A stretch of DNA of 64,000 nt from Eledone cirrhosa (lineage: Eukaryota): NCBI GenBank assembly GCA_964016885.1, contig OZ024758.1, positions 37,634,001 through 37,698,000 on the forward strand. The letters run 5' to 3'. Positions 40,301-52,590 of this stretch are shown here, piece after piece (position 1 is the stretch's first letter; every line of letters begins with the position of its first letter). The position numbers and the translations under genes are program-made. The notes under the pieces are model-generated. The model worked only from the letters and a program-made list of their open reading frames with translations, searched no databases and was not told where the DNA came from.

Positions 40301-41485
40301 AGTCATGGTATTAGTTGTCAGAAGTAACTCCAATGTTGGTGAGAATTCATTTAAGTTCATGGTATTAGCTGTCAGAAGGAACTCCACTGTTGGTGAGAAT
40401 TCATTTAAGTTCATGGTATTAGCTGTCAGAAGGAACTCCAATGTTGGTGAGAATTCATTTAAGTCATGGTACTAGCTGTCAGAAGTAACTCCACTGTTGG
40501 TGAGAATTCATTTAAGTTCATGGTATTAGCTGTCAGAAGGAACGCCACTGTTGGTGAGAATTCATTTAAGTTCATGGTATTAGCTGTCAGAAGTAACTCC
40601 ACTGTTGGTGAGAATTCATTTAAGTTCATGGTACTAGCTGTCAGAAGTAACTCCAATGTTGGTGAGAATTCATTTAAGTTCATGGTATTAGCTGTCAGAA
40701 GGAACTCCACTGTTGGTGAGAATTCATTTAAGTTCATGGTATTAGCTGTCAGAAGTAACTCCACTGTTGGTGAGAATTCATTTAAGTCATGGTATTAGCT
40801 GTCAGAAGTAACTCCATTGTTGGTGAGAATTCATTTAAGTCATGGTACTAGCTGTCAGAAGTAACTCCAATGTTGGTGAGAATTCATTTAAGTCATGGTA
40901 CTAGCTGTCAGAAGTAACTCCAATGTTGGTGAGAATTCATTTAAGTTCATGGTATTAGCTGTCAGAAGGAACTCCAATGTTGGTGAGAATTCATTTAAGT
41001 CATGGTACTAGCTGTCAGAATTAACTCCACTGTTGGTGAGAATTCATTTAAGTTCATGGTATTAGCTGTCAGAAGGAACGCCACTGTTGGTGAGAATTCA
41101 TTTAAGTTCATGGTATTAGCTGTCAGAAGTAACTCCACTGTTGGTGAGAATTCATTTAAGTCATGGTATTAGCTGTCAGAAGTAACTCCATTGTTGGTGA
41201 GAATTCATTTAAGTCATGGTACTAGCTGTCAGAACTAACTCCAATGTTGGTGAGAATTCATTTAAGTCATGGTACTAGCTGTCAGAAGTAACTCCAATGT
41301 TGGTGAGAATTCATTTAAGTTCATGGTATTAGCTGTCAGAAGGAACTCCACTGTTGGTGAGAATTCATTTAAGTTCATGGTATTAGCTGTCAGAAGTAAC
41401 TCCACTGTTGGTGAGAATTCATTTAAGTTCATGGTATTAGCTGTCAGAAGTAACTCCACTGTTGGTGAGAATTCATTTAAGTTCA
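36323..41485 (+). repeat. 43-monomer, 2313-bp HOR, ~2.2 tandem copies
   Basis: ORF offsets 36697/39010, 37290/39603 and 38153/40466 are 2313. The diagnostic monomer is at 37830 and 40143. One monomer is missing near 40950 in the last copy. Confidence 0.93.
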
Positions 41486-42131
41486 TGGTATTAGCTGTCA
41501 GAAGTAACTCCACTGTTGGTGAGAATTCGTTTAAGTTCATGGTATTAGCTGTCAGAAGTAACTCCACTGTTGGTGAGAATTCATTTAAGTTCATGGTATT
41601 AGCTGTCAGAAGTAACTCCACTGTTGGTGAGAATTCATTTAAGTTCATGGTATTAGCTGTCAGAAGGAACTCCAATGTTGGTGAGAATTCATTTAAGTCA
41701 TGGTACTAGCTGTCAGAAGTAACTCCACTGTTGGTGAGAATTCATTTAAGTTCATGGTATTAGCTGTCAGAAGGAACGCTACTGTTGGTGAGAATTCATT
41801 TAAGTTCATGGTATTAGCTGTCAGAAGTAACTCCACTGTTGGTGAGAATTCATTTAAGTTCATGGTACTAGCTGTCAGAAGTAACTCCAATGTTGGTGAG
41901 AATTCATTTAAGTTCATGGTATTAGCTGTCAGAAGGAACTCCACTGTTGCTGAGAATTCATTTAAGTTCATGGTATTAGCTGTCAGAAGTAACTCCACTG
42001 TTGGTGAGAATTCATTTAAGTTCATGGTACTAGCTGTCAGAAGTAACTCCTCTGTTGGTGAGAATTCATTTAAGTTCATGGTATTAGCTGTCAGAAGTCA
42101 CTCCAATGTTGGTGAGAATTCATTTAGGTTC

Positions 42132-43101
42132 ATGGTATTAGCTGTCAGAAGTCACTCCACTGTTGGTGAGAATTCATTTAAGTTCATGGTACTAGCTGGC
42201 AGAAGTAACCCCAATGTTGGTGAGAATTCATTTAAGTTCATGGTATTAGCTGTCAGAAGTCACTCCAATGTTGGTGAGAATTCATTTAAGTTCATGGTAT
42301 TAGCAGTCAGAAGTAACTCCACTGTTGGTGAGAATTCATTTATGTTCATGGTATTAGTTTGTCAGAAGTAACTCCACTGTTGGTGAGAATTCATTTAAGT
42401 CATGGTATTAGTTGTCAGAAGTAACTCCAATGTTGGTGAGAATTCATGTAAGTTCATGGTATTAGCTGTCAGAAGGAACTCCACTGTTGGTGAGAATTCA
42501 TTTAAGTTCATGGTATTAGCTGTCAGAAGGAACTCCAATGTTGGTGAGAATTCATTTAAGTCATGGTACTAGCTGTCAGAAGTAACTCCACTGTTGGTGA
42601 GAATTCATTTAAGTTCATGGTATTAGCTGTCAGAAGTCACTCCACTGTTGGTGAGAATTCATTTAAGTTCATGGTACTAGCTGGCAGAAGTAACCCCAAT
42701 GTTGGTGAGAATTCATTTAAGTTCATGGTATTAGCTGTCAGAAGTCACTCCAATGTTGGTGAGAATTCATTTAAGTTCATGGTATTAGCAGTCAGAAGTA
42801 ACTCCACTGTTGGTGAGAATTCATTTATGTTCATGGTATTAGTTTGTCAGAAGTAACTCCACTGTTGGTGAGAATTCATTTAAGTCATGGTATTAGTTGT
42901 CAGAAGTAACTCCAATGTTGGTGAGAATTCATGTAAGTTCATGGTATTAGCTGTCAGAAGGAACTCCACTGTTGGTGAGAATTCATTTAAGTTCATGGTA
43001 TTAGCTGTCAGAAGGAACTCCAATGTTGGTGAGAATTCATTTAAGTCATGGTACTAGCTGTCAGAAGTAACTCCACTGTTGGTGAGAATTCATTTAAGTT
43101 C
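42132..43101 (+). repeat. Second instance of the 485-bp 9-mer tandem duplication
   Basis: ORF ends 42371 and 42856 differ by 485. The block lies exactly 16193 bp from the 25939-26908 instance. Confidence 0.88.
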
Positions 43102-43479
43102 ATGGTATTAGCTGTCAGAAGGAACGCCACTGTTGGTGAGAATTCATTTAAGTTCATGGTATTAGCTGTCAGAAGTAACTGCACCGTTGGTGAGAATTCA
43201 TTTAAGTTCATGGTACTAGCTGTCAGAAGTAACTCCAATGTTGGTGAGAATTCATTTAAGTTCATGGTATTAGCTGTCAGAAGTAACTCCACTGTTGGTG
43301 AGAATTCATTTAAGTTCATGGTATTAGCTGTCAGAAGTAACTCCACTGTTGGTGAGAATTCATTTAAGTTCATGGTACTAGCTGTCAGAAGTAACTCCAA
43401 TGTTGGTGAGAATTCATTTAAGTTCATGGTATTAACTGTCAGAAGGAACTCCACTGTTGCTGAGAATTCATTTAAGTTC

Positions 43480-46400
43480 ATGGTATTAGCTGTCAGAAGT
43501 AACTCCACTGTTGGTGAGAATTCATTTAAGTTCATGGTACTAGCTGTCAGAAGTAACTCCACTGTTGGTGAGAATTCATTTAAGTTCATGGTATTAGCTG
43601 TCAGAAGTAACACCACTGTTGGTGAGAATTCATTTAAGTCCATGGTATTAGCTGACAGAAGTCACTCCACTGTTGGTGAGAATTCATTTAAGTTCATGGT
43701 ACTAGCTGTCAGAAGTAACTCCAATGTTGGTGAGAATTCATTTAAGTTCATGGTATTAGCTGTCAGAAGTAACTCCACTGTTGGTGAGAATTCATTTAAG
43801 TTCATGGTATTAGCTGTCAGAAGTAACTCCACTGTTGGTGAGAATTCATTTAAGTTCATGGTATTAGCTGTCAGAAGTAACTCCACTGTTGGTGAGAATT
43901 CATTTAAGTTCATGATACTAGCTGTCAGAAGTAACTTCAATGTTGGTGAGAATTCATTTAAGTTCATGGTACTAGCTGTCAGAAGTAACTCCACTGTTGG
44001 TGAGAATTCATTTAAGTTCATGGTATTAGTTTGTCAGAAGTAACTCCACTGTTGGTGAGAATTCATTTAAGTCATGGTATTAGTTGTCAGAAGTAACTCC
44101 AATGTTGGTGAGAATTCATTTAAGTTCATGGTATTAGCTGTCAGAAGGAACTCCACTGTTGGTGAGAATTCATTTAAGTTCATGGTATTAGCTGTCAGAA
44201 GGAACTCCAATGTTGGTGAGAATTCATTTAAGTCATGGTACTAGCTGTCAGAAGTAACTCCACTGTTGGTGAGAATTCATTTAAGTTCATGGTATTAGCT
44301 GTCAGAAGGAACGCCACTGTTGGTGAGAATTCATTTAAGTTCATGGTATTAGCTGTCAGAAGTAACTCCACTGTTGGTGAGAATTCATTTAAGTTCATGG
44401 TACTAGCTGTCAGAAGTAACTCCAATGTTGGTGAGAATTCATTTAAGTTCATGGTATTAGCTGTCAGAAGGAACTCCACTGTTGGTGAGAATTCATTTAA
44501 GTTCATGGTATTAGCTGTCAGAAGTAACTCCACTGTTGGTGAGAATTCATTTAAGTCATGGTATTAGCTGTCAGAAGTAACTCCATTGTTGGTGAGAATT
44601 CATTTAAGTCATGGTACTAGCTGTCAGAAGTAACTCCAATGTTGGTGAGAATTCATTTAAGTCATGGTACTAGCTGTCAGAAGTAACTCCAATGTTGGTG
44701 AGAATTCATTTAAGTTCATGGTATTAGCTGTCAGAAGGAACTCCACTGTTGGTGAGAATTCATTTAAGTTCATGGTATTAGCTGTCAGAAGGAACTCCAA
44801 TGTTGGTGAGAATTCATTTAAGTCATGGTACTAGCTGTCAGAAGTAACTCCACTGTTGGTGAGAATTCATTTAAGTTCATGGTATTAGCTGTCAGAAGGA
44901 ACGCCACTGTTGGTGAGAATTCATTTAAGTTCATGGTATTAGCTGTCAGAAGTAACTCCACTGTTGGTGAGAATTCATTTAAGTCATGGTATTAGCTGTC
45001 AGAAGTAACTCCATTGTTGGTGAGAATTCATTTAAGTCATGGTACTAGCTGTCAGAACTAACTCCAATGTTGGTGAGAATTCATTTAAGTCATGGTACTA
45101 GCTGTCAGAAGTAACTCCAATGTTGGTGAGAATTCATTTAAGTTCATGGTATTAGCTGTCAGAAGGAACTCCACTGTTGGTGAGAATTCATTTAAGTTCA
45201 TGGTATTAGCTGTCAGAAGTAACTCCACTGTTGGTGAGAATTCATTTAAGTTCATGGTATTAGCTGTCAGAAGTAACTCCACTGTTGGTGAGAATTCATT
45301 TAAGTTCATGGTACTAGCTGTCAGAAGTAACTCCAATGTTGGTGAGAATTCATTTAAGTTCATGGTATTAGCTGTCAGAAGTAACTCCACTGTTGGTGAG
45401 AATTCAGTTAAGTCATGGTATTAGCTGTCAGAAGTAACTCCAATGTTGGTGAGAATTCATTTAATTTCATGGTATTAGCTGTCAGAAGTAACTCCACTGT
45501 TGGTGAGAAATCATTTAAGTTCATGGTATTAGCTGTCAGAAGTAACTCCACTGTTGGTGAGAATTCATTTAAGTTCATGGTACTGGCTGTCAGAAGTAAC
45601 TCCACTGTTGGTGAGAATTCATTTAAGTTCATGGTATTAGTTTGTCAGAAGTAACTCCACTGTTGGTGAGAATTCATTTAAGTCATGGTATTAGTTGTCA
45701 GAAGTAACTCCAATGTTGGTGAGAATTCATTTAAGTTCATGGTACTAGCTGTCAGAAGTAAATCCACTGTTGGTGAGAATTCATTTAAGTTCATGGTATT
45801 AGCTGTCAGAAGTAACTCCACTGTTGGTGAGAATTCATTTAAGTTCATGGTACTAGCTGTCAGAAGTAACTCCACTGTTGGTGAGAATTCATTTAAGTTC
45901 ATGGTATTAGCTGTCAGAAGTAACTCCACTGTTGGTGAGAATTCATTTAAGTTCATGGTATTAGCTGACAGAAGTCACTCCACTGTTGGTGAGAATTCAT
46001 TTAAGTTCATGGTACTAGCTGTCAGAAGTAACTCCAATGTTGGTGAGAATTCATTTAAGTTCATGGTATTAGCTGTCAGAAGTAACTCCAATGTTGGTGA
46101 GAATTCATTTAAGTTCATGGTATTAGCTGTCAGAAGTAACTCCACTGTTGGTGAGAATTCATTTAAGTTCATGGTATTAGCTGTCAGAAGTAACTCCACT
46201 GTTGGTGAGAATTCATTTAAGTTCATGGTATTAGCTGTCAGAAGTAACTCCACTGTTGGTGAGAATTCATTTAAGTTCATGATACTAGCTGTCAGAAGTA
46301 ACTTCAATGTTGGTGAGAATTCATTTAAGTTCATGGTACTAGCTGTCAGAAGTAACTCCACTGTTGGTGAGAATTCATTTAAGTTCATGGTATTAGTTTG

Positions 46401-48212
46401 TCAGAAGTAACTCCACTGTTGGTGAGAATTCATTTAAGTCATGGTATTAGTTGTCAGAAGTAACTCCAATGTTGGTGAGAATTCATTTAAGTTCATGGTA
46501 TTAGCTGTCAGAAGGAACTCCACTGTTGGTGAGAATTCATTTAAGTTCATGGTATTAGCTGTCAGAAGGAACTCCAATGTTGGTGAGAATTCATTTAAGT
46601 CATGGTACTAGCTGTCAGAAGTAACTCCACTGTTGGTGAGAATTCATTTAAGTTCATGGTATTAGCTGTCAGAAGGAACGCCACTGTTGGTGAGAATTCA
46701 TTTAAGTTCATGGTATTAGCTGTCAGAAGTAACTCCACTGTTGGTGAGAATTCATTTAAGTTCATGGTACTAGCTGTCAGAAGTAACTCCAATGTTGGTG
46801 AGAATTCATTTAAGTTCATGGTATTAGCTGTCAGAAGGAACTCCACTGTTGGTGAGAATTCATTTAAGTTCATGGTATTAGCTGTCAGAAGTAACTCCAC
46901 TGTTGGTGAGAATTCATTTAAGTCATGGTATTAGCTGTCAGAAGTAACTCCATTGTTGGTGAGAATTCATTTAAGTCATGGTACTAGCTGTCAGAAGTAA
47001 CTCCAATGTTGGTGAGAATTCATTTAAGTCATGGTACTAGCTGTCAGAAGTAACTCCAATGTTGGTGAGAATTCATTTAAGTTCATGGTATTAGCTGTCA
47101 GAAGGAACTCCACTGTTGGTGAGAATTCATTTAAGTTCATGGTATTAGCTGTCAGAAGGAACTCCAATGTTGGTGAGAATTCATTTAAGTCATGGTACTA
47201 GCTGTCAGAAGTAACTCCAATGTTGGTGAGAATTCATTTAAGTTCATGGTATTAGCTGTCAGAAGGAACGCCACTGTTGGTGAGAATTCATTTAAGTTCA
47301 TGGTATTAGCTGTCAGAAGTAACTCCACTGTTGGTGAGAATTCATTTAAGTCATGGTATTAGCTGTCAGAAGTAACTCCATTGTTGGTGAGAATTCATTT
47401 AAGTCATGGTACTAGCTGTCAGAACTAACTCCAATGTTGGTGAGAATTCATTTAAGTCATGGTACTAGCTGTCAGAAGTAACTCCAATGTTGGTGAGAAT
47501 TCATTTAAGTTCATGGTATTAGCTGTCAGAAGGAACTCCACTGTTGGTGAGAATTCATTTAAGTTCATGGTATTAGCTGTCAGAAGTAACTCCACTGTTG
47601 GTGAGAATTCATTTAAGTTCATGGTATTAGCTGTCAGAAGTAACTCCACTGTTGGTGAGAATTCATTTAAGTTCATGGTACTAGCTGTCAGAAGTAACTC
47701 CAATGTTGGTGAGAATTCATTTAAGTTCATGGTATTAGCTGTCAGAAGTAACCCCACTGTTGGTGAGAATTCAGTTAAGTCATGGTATTAGCTGTCAGAA
47801 GTAACTCCAATGTTGGTGAGAATTCATTTAAGTTCATGGTATTAGCTGTCAGAAGTAACTCCACTGTTGGTGAGAAATCATTTAAGTTCATGGTATTAGC
47901 TGTCAGAAGTAACTCCACTGTTGGTGAGAATTCATTTAAGTTCATGGTACTGGCTGTCAGAAGTAACTCCACTGTTGGTGAGAATTCATTTAAGTTCATG
48001 GTATTAGTTTGTCAGAAGTAACTCCACTGTTGGTGAGAATTCATTTAAGTCATGGTATTAGTTGTCAGAAGTAACTCCAATGTTGGTGAGAATTCATTTA
48101 AGTTCATGGTACTAGCTGTCAGAAGTAAATCCACTGTTGGTGAGAATTCATTTAAGTTCATGGTATTAGCTGTCAGAAGTAACTCCACTGTTGGTGAGAA
48201 TTCATTTAAGTC
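43480..48212 (+). repeat. 43/44-monomer HOR (2367 bp, one extra monomer near 46063), ~2 copies
   Basis: ORF offsets 44235/46602, 45092/47459 and 45415/47782 are 2367. ORF 45685 is 241 aa versus 223 aa in other copies (+18 aa = one monomer). The diagnostic monomer is at 43912 and 46279. Confidence 0.92.
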
Positions 48213-48489
48213 ATGGTATTAGCTGTCAGAAGTAACTCCAATGTTGGTGAGAATTCATTTATGTCATGGTACTAGCTGTCAGAAGTAACTCCAATGTTGG
48301 TGAGAATTCATTTAAGTTCATGGTACTAGCTGTCAGAAGTAACTCCACTGTTGGTGAGAATTCGTTTAAGTTCATGGTATTAGCTGTCAGAAGTAACTCC
48401 ACCGTTGGTGAGAATTCATTTAAGTTCATGGTATTAGCTGTCAGAAGTAACTCCACTGTTGGTGAGAATTCATTTAAGTTCATGGTATT

Positions 48490-51400
48490 AGCTGTCAGAA
48501 GTAACTCCACTGTTGGTGAGAATTCATTTAAGTTCATGGTATTAGCTGTCAGAAGGAACTCCAATGTTGGTGAGAATTCATTTAAGTCATGGTACTAGCT
48601 GTCAGAAGTAACTCCACTGTTGGTGAGAATTCATTTAAGTTCATGGTATTAGCTGTCAGAAGGAACGCCACTGTTGGTGAGAATTCATTTAAGTTCATGG
48701 TATTAGCTGTCAGAAGTAACTCCACTGTTGGTGAGAATTCATTTAAGTTCATGGTACTAGCTGTCAGAAGTAACTCCAATGTTGGTGAGAATTCATTTAA
48801 GTTCATGGTATTAGCTGTCAGAAGTAACTCCACTGTTGGTGAGAATTCATTTAAGTTCATGGTACTAGCTGTCAGAAGTAACTCCACTGTTGGTGAGAAT
48901 TCATTTAAGTTCATGGTATTAGCTGTCAGAAGTCACTCCAATGTTGGTGAGAATTCATTTAGGTTCATGGTTTTAGCTGTCAGAAGTCTCTCCACTGTTG
49001 GTGAGAATTCATTTAAGTTCATGGTACTAGCTGGCAGAAGTAACCCCAATGTTGGTGAGAATTCATTTAAGTTCATGGTATTAGCTGTCAGAAGTCACTC
49101 CAATGTTGGTGAGAATTCATTTAAGTTCATGGTATTAGCAGTCAGAAGTAACTCCACTGTTGGTGAGAATTCATTTATGTTCATGGTATTAGTTTGTCAG
49201 AAGTAACTCCACTGTTGGTGAGAATTCATTTAAGTCATGGTATTAGTTGTCAGAAGTAACTCCAATGTTGGTGAGAATTCATGTAAGTTCATGGTATTAG
49301 CTGTCAGAAGGAACTCCACTGTTGGTGAGAATTCATTTAAGTTCATGGTATTAGCTGTCAGAAGGAACTCCAATGTTGGTGAGAATTCATTTAAGTCATG
49401 GTACTAGCTGTCAGAAGTAACTCCACTGTTGGTGAGAATTCATTTAAGTTCATGGTATTAGCTGTCAGAAGGAACGCCACTGTTGGTGAGAATTCATTTA
49501 AGTTCATGGTATTAGCTGTCAGAAGGAACTCCACTGTTGGTGAGAATTCATTTAAGTTCATGGTATTAGCTGTCAGAAGGAACTCCAATGTTGGTGAGAA
49601 TTCATTTAAGTCATGGTACTAGCTGTCAGAAGTAACTCCACTGTTGGTGAGAATTCATTTAAGTTCATGGTATTAGCTGTCAGAAGTCACTCCACTGTTG
49701 GTGAGAATTCATTTAAGTTCATGGTACTAGCTGGCAGAAGTAACCCCAATGTTGGTGAGAATTCATTTAAGTTCATGGTATTAGCTGTCAGAAGGAACTC
49801 CACTGTTGGTGAGAATTCATTTAAGTTCATGGTATTAGCTGTCAGAAGGAACTCCAATGTTGGTGAGAATTCATTTAAGTCATGGTACTAGCTGTCAGAA
49901 GTAACTCCACTGTTGGTGAGAATTCATTTAAGTTCATGGTATTAGCTGTCAGAAGGAACGCCACTGTTGGTGAGAATTCATTTAAGTTCATGGTATTAGC
50001 TGTCAGAAGTAACTGCACCGTTGGTGAGAATTCATTTAAGTTCATGGTACTAGCTGTCAGAAGTAACTCCAATGTTGGTGAGAATTCATTTAAGTTCATG
50101 GTATTAGCTGTCAGAAGTAACTCCACTGTTGGTGAGAATTCATTTAAGTTCATGGTATTAGCTGTCAGAAGTAACTCCACTGTTGGTGAGAATTCATTTA
50201 AGTTCATGGTACTAGCTGTCAGAAGTAACTCCAATGTTGGTGAGAATTCATTTAAGTTCATGGTATTAACTGTCAGAAGGAACTCCACTGTTGCTGAGAA
50301 TTCATTTAAGTTCATGGTATTAGCTGTCAGAAGTAACTCCACTGTTGGTGAGAATTCATTTAAGTTCATGGTACTAGCTGTCAGAAGTAACTCCACTGTT
50401 GGTGAGAATTCATTTAAGTTCATGGTATTAGCTGTCAGAAGTAACACCACTGTTGGTGAGAATTCATTTAAGTCCATGGTATTAGCTGACAGAAGTCACT
50501 CCACTGTTGGTGAGAATTCATTTAAGTTCATGGTACTAGCTGTCAGAAGTAACTCCACTGTTGGTGAGAATTCATTTAAGTTCATGGTATTAGCTGTCAG
50601 AAGGAACTCCAATGTTGGTGAGAATTCATTTAAGTCATGGTACTAGCTGTCAGAAGTAACTCCACTGTTGGTGAGAATTCATTTAAGTTCATGGTATTAG
50701 CTGTCAGAAGGAACGCCACTGTTGGTGAGAATTCATTTAAGTTCATGGTATTAGCTGTCAGAAGTAACTCCACTGTTGGTGAGAATTCATTTAAGTTCAT
50801 GGTACTAGCTGTCAGAGGTAACTCCAATGTTGGTGAGAATTCATTTAAGTTCATGGTATTAGCTGTCAGAAGTAACTCCACTGTTGGTGAGAATTCATTT
50901 AAGTTCATGGTACTAGCTGTCAGAAGTAACTCCACTGTTGGTGAGAATTCATTTAAGTTCATGGTATTAGCTGTCAGAAGTCACTCCAATGTTGGTGAGA
51001 ATTCATTTAGGTTCATGGTTTTAGCTGTCAGAAGTCTCTCCACTGTTGGTGAGAATTCATTTAAGTTCATGGTACTAGCTGGCAGAAGTAACCCCAATGT
51101 TGGTGAGAATTCATTTAAGTTCATGGTATTAGCTGTCAGAAGTCACTCCAATGTTGGTGAGAATTCATTTAAGTTCATGGTATTAGCAGTCAGAAGTAAC
51201 TCCACTGTTGGTGAGAATTCATTTATGTTCATGGTATTAGTTTGTCAGAAGTAACTCCACTGTTGGTGAGAATTCATTTAAGTCATGGTATTAGTTGTCA
51301 GAAGTAACTCCAATGTTGGTGAGAATTCATGTAAGTTCATGGTATTAGCTGTCAGAAGGAACTCCACTGTTGGTGAGAATTCATTTAAGTTCATGGTATT

Positions 51401-52590
51401 AGCTGTCAGAAGGAACTCCAATGTTGGTGAGAATTCATTTAAGTCATGGTACTAGCTGTCAGAAGTAACTCCACTGTTGGTGAGAATTCATTTAAGTTCA
51501 TGGTATTAGCTGTCAGAAGGAACGCCACTGTTGGTGAGAATTCATTTAAGTTCATGGTATTAGCTGTCAGAAGGAACTCCACTGTTGGTGAGAATTCATT
51601 TAAGTTCATGGTATTAGCTGTCAGAAGGAACTCCAATGTTGGTGAGAATTCATTTAAGTCATGGTACTAGCTGTCAGAAGTAACTCCACTGTTGGTGAGA
51701 ATTCATTTAAGTTCATGGTATTAGCTGTCAGAAGTCACTCCACTGTTGGTGAGAATTCATTTAAGTTCATGGTACTAGCTGGCAGAAGTAACCCCAATGT
51801 TGGTGAGAATTCATTTAAGTTCATGGTATTAGCTGTCAGAAGGAACTCCACTGTTGGTGAGAATTCATTTAAGTTCATGGTATTAGCTGTCAGAAGGAAC
51901 TCCAATGTTGGTGAGAATTCATTTAAGTCATGGTACTAGCTGTCAGAAGTAACTCCACTGTTGGTGAGAATTCATTTAAGTTCATGGTATTAGCTGTCAG
52001 AAGGAACGCCACTGTTGGTGAGAATTCATTTAAGTTCATGGTATTAGCTGTCAGAAGTAACTGCACCGTTGGTGAGAATTCATTTAAGTTCATGGTACTA
52101 GCTGTCAGAAGTAACTCCAATGTTGGTGAGAATTCATTTAAGTTCATGGTATTAGCTGTCAGAAGTAACTCCACTGTTGGTGAGAATTCATTTAAGTTCA
52201 TGGTATTAGCTGTCAGAAGTAACTCCACTGTTGGTGAGAATTCATTTAAGTTCATGGTACTAGCTGTCAGAAGTAACTCCAATGTTGGTGAGAATTCATT
52301 TAAGTTCATGGTATTAACTGTCAGAAGGAACTCCACTGTTGCTGAGAATTCATTTAAGTTCATGGTATTAGCTGTCAGAAGTAACTCCACTGTTGGTGAG
52401 AATTCATTTAAGTTCATGGTACTAGCTGTCAGAAGTAACTCCACTGTTGGTGAGAATTCATTTAAGTTCATGGTATTAGCTGTCAGAAGTAACACCACTG
52501 TTGGTGAGAATTCATTTAAGTCCATGGTATTAGCTGACAGAAGTCACTCCACTGTTGGTGAGAATTCATTTAAGTTCATGGTACTAGCTG
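48490..52590 (+). repeat. Tandem duplication of a 38-monomer, 2048-bp unit
   Basis: ORF offsets 48589/50637, 49398/51446, 49613/51661 and 49882/51930 are 2048. The private marker ATGGTTTTAGC is at 48967 and 51015. Confidence 0.93.
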
